Shown: one piece after another, positions 59,768 to 64,000 of the stretch
How the letters are laid out: the number at the start of each line of letters is the position of its first letter
Numbering within the stretch: the first letter of the stretch is position 1
Assembly: GCA_902778895.1 (NCBI GenBank)
Contig: CACYZF010000010.1
Coordinates: forward strand, 174,482 to 238,481
Direction of reading: 5' to 3'
DNA from: an uncultured bacterium
GTDB lineage: Bacteria; Verrucomicrobiota; Lentisphaeria; Victivallales; UBA1829
Length of the DNA stretch: 64,000 nt
Notes under the pieces: generated by a model
The model's database searches: none
The model's input: only the letters and a program-made list of their open reading frames with translations
Told to the model about the DNA's origin: nothing
Translations under genes and position numbers: made by a program

Positions 59768-62700
59768 GTGAGTACAACCACAATCTATGCAGGAGAGGTC
59801 AGTTCCGGCCTCGTCGCCGACTACTCGAACACCATCATCGTGTCAGGCGGCACCGCCGTCGACACCACCATTGACTATGGGGCGATGAGCGTATTCATTG
59901 CCGGCGCCCAGGTCAGCAACACCATCATGAGCGGCGGTACGCTGTATGCGTCCGCCGGCCGCGTCGAAAATACCACGATGGGAGACGGAGCCTATTTCAG
60001 CGCCATGTACAGCGTGGATATCAACGGCACCACTGTGAACAGCGGCGGTACCGGCGTCTTCCGCGCCAGTTCGGTCAATAATACGGTCGTGAATTCCGGC
60101 GGCAGGATCGACATCTACGGCGGCACCGTTACAAACACGACCGTCAATCAGGGCAGCATGTCCCTCGCGAACAGCAACGCCGCCGCGTACAACACCTTCA
60201 TCACTGGATCGGGCTATTACACCGTGCTGCAGGTCCAAAACAGCGCCACGATCACCGGCACTACGGTAGAATCGAGCGCTTATCTGAGACTGTCCTACGG
60301 CGCAGTGGCGAACGATACGATTCTGAACAGAGGTGGCAATCTCATCGTCTCCAACGGCGCCACGGCGGCCAATACCACGATCAACGAGGGCGGGTCCATG
60401 TCGATCGAAGGCGGCAACGCGGACCTCGTCACGGTGAACTCCGGCGGCTGGCTCAGTGCGGGTTACTCCTGGAACGGCGCAACTGACACCGCCAGCGCCA
60501 CGCGCGTCACGGAAAATGGCGGCGCGGTCTACATCGGATCCGGCTCCTCCTATGACTACGAATACGATGAAGAGGCCGGCCAGTACGTCTACCATTACAC
60601 CTACTTCGACTTCCCCGTTGAATTCACCACCAACACGTTCAGCGGACTGGTCTACTCGGGCTACCGCGGGGGCACGGTCCACTCCGGCACCACCGCCGTC
60701 GACATCACCGCCATCGTGGGGGGACTGACCGTCTATTCGGGCGGCAAAGTCAGCGGCTACAATGTTACGCCCTATACGCACGAAGCAGTACAGACGTCCT
60801 GGATCTATTCCAGCAGCTACAATGAAGAAACGAGCTCCTGGGACTATACCAGCAGCCCCGTCGTCAGCAACGTCGAAGTCACCGAGCTCGGCGTCCTGAC
60901 CGTCTCCAGCGGCGGCATCGTCACCGGGCTCGTCGCCGAGGCGCTTCCGGGATTCGAAGACAACGGGACTTATCTCAATTTCCAGATCGCCCGCGACACC
61001 GAGATCACCGGCACGATCGACGGGACCGCCTTCGAGATGAAGAACGGCGCCCTCTCCAACGCTTCCCTGAAAAATGCCAAGCTGACGTACATGAGCGGCG
61101 CGCTCGCGCAGAACGTGACCCAGATCAACGGCAGCGCATCCTTCCTGTCCGCCTCGTACGCCGGGAATCTGAACTTCAGCGGCGGCAGGGTGACCTTCAG
61201 CCGCGGCGCGGCCGCCGACGGCGTCAGGACCTTCGTCGTCCCCTACACCTACACCTCGTACGGCATGGGGGACAGCGACGGCGAATCGGTGGAGACTCTG
61301 ATCGAGACCTCCAGCGGAGCCAGCGTGTACACCCTCTTCGGAGCCACGGTCACCAACCTTGACATGGATTCCGTCTCCTACCTCAACATGGAGGTCGCGC
61401 CCTTCACTGTCCTGCAGGGCACGTCCGGCGGCCAGACCATTGACCTGAAGAACGGTTATTTCGGGGACGCCTCCCTTGGCAATACCTACGTCAAGGTGCT
61501 CGGCCCCTCGTCCTACGTCGACGAGATCACCCAAACGACCGTCAACGTTTCCGCCGGCACCGTGGGCAACCTCATCGCCAACATGCACGCGATCGTCGAT
61601 GTCAGCAGCGGAGCCGCCGCTCTGAACATGACAGAAAACGGCGGCGCGGTCTTCGTCGCATGGGACTATGAGGACGACGTTCCGGCCGCAACCGCCACGT
61701 TCACCTCGAACACCTTCTCCTACGATGATCTGAGAGGAGAAGTCACCGTCCACAAGAACACGATCGCCCAGGACAATATCCTCTACGAAGGCACTCTGAA
61801 CGTGTACAGCGGCGGCATCGTGAACAATTTCTACACCGCCGCCAAGGACATGGGCATGATCAACGCCTATTTCACCAGCGGCGCGATCGTCTCGAACTTC
61901 GACATGGTCCGTTACGCCCAGCTGCCGTACCACCCCGGGGAAGCCGAATTCGACAGCGGAGTGAGCGCTACACAACTCAGGCTCACCGACTATAACGGCC
62001 TCTCGCTGAACGTCGACGCCACCACCGTCATCACCAACGCATCGCTCGACAACGTCCCGTTCTCCGTCGAGAACGGCGTCCTCTCCGGTTTCTACGCCAA
62101 CGGCGAAGGCTGGTTCTCCGACTACGTCACGGTCACCGACGGCGGACGGATGATCGACTCCTACATCAACGCCTGGGGACAGGTCACTTTGGAAGAGGGA
62201 GCGTCCGCGAACAACGTCACGTTCGCAAACAACTACATCTACGTCCAATCCGGCTGCTTGCTCGAAAATGCCACGATCGGCCTTCCGCCGGAGACGATCG
62301 AGGAGGACGGAGGCACCTACACGAACTACAACAGCGCCACTGTCTACGTTGGCAAGGGCGGCGTGGTCCGCGATTTCACGGTGAATGAATTCAGCGATGT
62401 CTATGTTTCCAGCGGCGGCAAACTCACAGGAACGATGCGTTTCGACGGCACCGCCCAGGTCAACGTATACAGCAACGCGGTCGTCGAGTTCGACCTCACG
62501 GCGAAGGATGCGCTCTCCCAGGCGCGCGTCGACAACCTCACCGCGGTCGACATGAACCGCTATGCCAGATACGACATCGTGGTCGACGCGCAACAGGCCG
62601 CGGGCAGCTACGTCCTGGCCGACTACTATCATTCCGACTACGAGACAACATACAACCTGGTCAGCGTCTCCGGGACCACCTACGGCTACTTCTACGGCAC

Positions 62701-64000
62701 CGAGGTATATGAAGTTCCAGGCGATCCATCCACCGCAGTGTTCGGGTACGGGTTCCACAGAATTGCCGAGACGCTGCCCTTCGGCTTCAAGCTCGACAGC
62801 GTCCATGTGGAAGTGGAGGGAGAGGAAGGCGCCTATACGGAACAGCTCGTCCTCACGATCGACTCCACATACTCGCCCGTCGCCTGGCTGGCGGCCCCGA
62901 CCATCACGGCCAGCAATATCAAGTTCACGAACCAGGACGTCGTGCTGACCGCGACCGCCGAAAAGGCCGACGTGGAGTACAGCCTCGACGGCACGACCTG
63001 GCAGGCATACGCAGACGGCCTCACGGTCTCCGGAAACGGCAAGTATTACTTCCGCGCCGTCGACAGGACCATCGTCTCCGACGTCGCGACCTTCACCGTT
63101 AGCAACATCGACAAGGTCGCCCCGACCGTCGCGACCAACCTGAGCGTCGCATACGACGAAGAATCGAACGTGATCCTGAGCTGGAAAGACGCCACCGACG
63201 ATTTCTCCGGCGTCGCGGGCTTCCAAGTCTCCTTCTGGCAGGACGGCGGAGAGGCCCTTGTCAGAAACAACGCCGGGACGAACCTCACTGTTGACGGACT
63301 CGCGGACGGCACCTGGCACTGGGCACTTCAGACCATCGACTACGCCGGAAATGCCTCCGAAGTCGTTATGGGGCAGGATTTCGTGGTCAGCGGCAGCACC
63401 GTCGGCCCGACTCCGCCGCCCCCGACCCCGACCTATGTCGCGAAGAGCGACATCGACGGCAACGGCATCTCCGACGTGATGTTCCAGTACACCGGAGGCC
63501 AGGGCCAGATCGGATTCTGGATGAACGGCACAAGCGAATGGCAGAGCACGATGTCGACCCACTGGCCGGTCGATGCATGGCAGGTCCTCGGCGCGTACGA
63601 CATGAACGCCAACGGCAAGGCGGATACCGTGCTCGTCGGCAATATCGTCATGCCGGTCGGCGAAATCGATCTCCCCATGTACGCGGTCGGCTACTACACC
63701 GATTCCGTTGACCAGGATGAGAACTGGAACAACATCAGCTACCTCGGCAATCCGAGCCTCAGCGTCTGGGTGAACGAGGTCGGCAACCTGACCGGAAACG
63801 CCGGAAAGAACTCCATTGTCTGGCATTCAACCGATCTGGGCGTCCTCGGCGCATGGACCGACGGGACCGACAACTGGGTCAGCCTCGGCATCGGGTACAA
63901 GGACGACTGGACCATGGCCGGCTGCGGCGACTTCAATGGCGACGGAAAGGACAGCGTCCTGATGTCCTTCATGGGCGCGGCATACTACACCGTTGATATC
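59768..64000 (+). CDS. Giant AIDA-repeat (beta-helix) surface/secreted protein with Ig/FN3-like domains and C-terminal FG-GAP-like region; 3'-truncated, absent from the ORF track
   Basis: GTG start after AAGGAG; frame reads VSTTTIYAGEVSSG..TTVNSGG repeats..VSNIDKVAP..PTPPPPTPTYVAKSDIDGNGISDVMFQ..GDFNGDGKDSVLMS to the window end (1411 codons, no stop reported in this frame). Confidence 0.9.
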   Translation, partial: MSTTTIYAGEVSSGLVADYSNTIIVSGGTAVDTTIDYGAMSVFIAGAQVSNTIMSGGTLYASAGRVENTTMGDGAYFSAMYSVDINGTTVNSGGTGVFRASSVNNTVVNSGGRIDIYGGTVTNTTVNQGSMSLANSNAAAYNTFITGSGYYTVLQVQNSATITGTTVESSAYLRLSYGAVANDTILNRGGNLIVSNGATAANTTINEGGSMSIEGGNADLVTVNSGGWLSAGYSWNGATDTASATRVTENGGAVYIGSGSSYDYEYDEEAGQYVYHYTYFDFPVEFTTNTFSGLVYSGYRGGTVHSGTTAVDITAIVGGLTVYSGGKVSGYNVTPYTHEAVQTSWIYSSSYNEETSSWDYTSSPVVSNVEVTELGVLTVSSGGIVTGLVAEALPGFEDNGTYLNFQIARDTEITGTIDGTAFEMKNGALSNASLKNAKLTYMSGALAQNVTQINGSASFLSASYAGNLNFSGGRVTFSRGAAADGVRTFVVPYTYTSYGMGDSDGESVETLIETSSGASVYTLFGATVTNLDMDSVSYLNMEVAPFTVLQGTSGGQTIDLKNGYFGDASLGNTYVKVLGPSSYVDEITQTTVNVSAGTVGNLIANMHAIVDVSSGAAALNMTENGGAVFVAWDYEDDVPAATATFTSNTFSYDDLRGEVTVHKNTIAQDNILYEGTLNVYSGGIVNNFYTAAKDMGMINAYFTSGAIVSNFDMVRYAQLPYHPGEAEFDSGVSATQLRLTDYNGLSLNVDATTVITNASLDNVPFSVENGVLSGFYANGEGWFSDYVTVTDGGRMIDSYINAWGQVTLEEGASANNVTFANNYIYVQSGCLLENATIGLPPETIEEDGGTYTNYNSATVYVGKGGVVRDFTVNEFSDVYVSSGGKLTGTMRFDGTAQVNVYSNAVVEFDLTAKDALSQARVDNLTAVDMNRYARYDIVVDAQQAAGSYVLADYYHSDYETTYNLVSVSGTTYGYFYGTEVYEVPGDPSTAVFGYGFHRIAETLPFGFKLDSVHVEVEGEEGAYTEQLVLTIDSTYSPVAWLAAPTITASNIKFTNQDVVLTATAEKADVEYSLDGTTWQAYADGLTVSGNGKYYFRAVDRTIVSDVATFTVSNIDKVAPTVATNLSVAYDEESNVILSWKDATDDFSGVAGFQVSFWQDGGEALVRNNAGTNLTVDGLADGTWHWALQTIDYAGNASEVVMGQDFVVSGSTVGPTPPPPTPTYVAKSDIDGNGISDVMFQYTGGQGQIGFWMNGTSEWQSTMSTHWPVDAWQVLGAYDMNANGKADTVLVGNIVMPVGEIDLPMYAVGYYTDSVDQDENWNNISYLGNPSLSVWVNEVGNLTGNAGKNSIVWHSTDLGVLGAWTDGTDNWVSLGIGYKDDWTMAGCGDFNGDGKDSVLMSFMGAAYYTVDI

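Noticed and set aside
59843-63826. 1327-aa minus-strand ORF
   Set aside because: Antisense shadow of the + strand AIDA-repeat gene starting at 59768.

Overview
High-GC bacterial chromosomal window. The gene set (Minf_1886-like protein, rpsP-khpA-trmD-rplS-rnhB without rimM, ankyrin/Sel1/BspA proteins, an AIDA-repeat giant protein with an FG-GAP-like tail) suggests, by inference, a PVC-superphylum anaerobe, probably Lentisphaerae/Victivallales. Most of it is housekeeping: typA, ABC-F, pnp, rpsO, gpmI, yggS, ygiQ, lpxA, lpxK, ppdK, tRNA-Glu, GH2 and GH27 glycosidases, Na/Pi and chromate transporters. The most unusual part is the accessory pocket at about 2.7-10.8 kb. It holds an AT-rich two-gene module (coiled-coil/2-TM protein plus PD-(D/E)XK nuclease) behind a ~300-nt leader that can fold into mutually exclusive structures, a DUF2971 gene, a Sel1 lipoprotein, and an MNT-HEPN toxin-antitoxin pair whose toxin has an in-frame TAG. 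A ~100-nt multi-hairpin repeat family (5 copies plus sub-units) sits just 3' of these accessory genes and brackets the AT-rich module in inverted orientation. A second family of 8 elements, conserved in structure rather than sequence (GTG..CAC hairpin with a GC-GNA-GC mini-loop, invariant 7-nt spacer, second hairpin), sits at gene 3' ends across the window. No transposase, integrase or cas gene is visible. All family assignments come from motif recognition by eye, not database searches.
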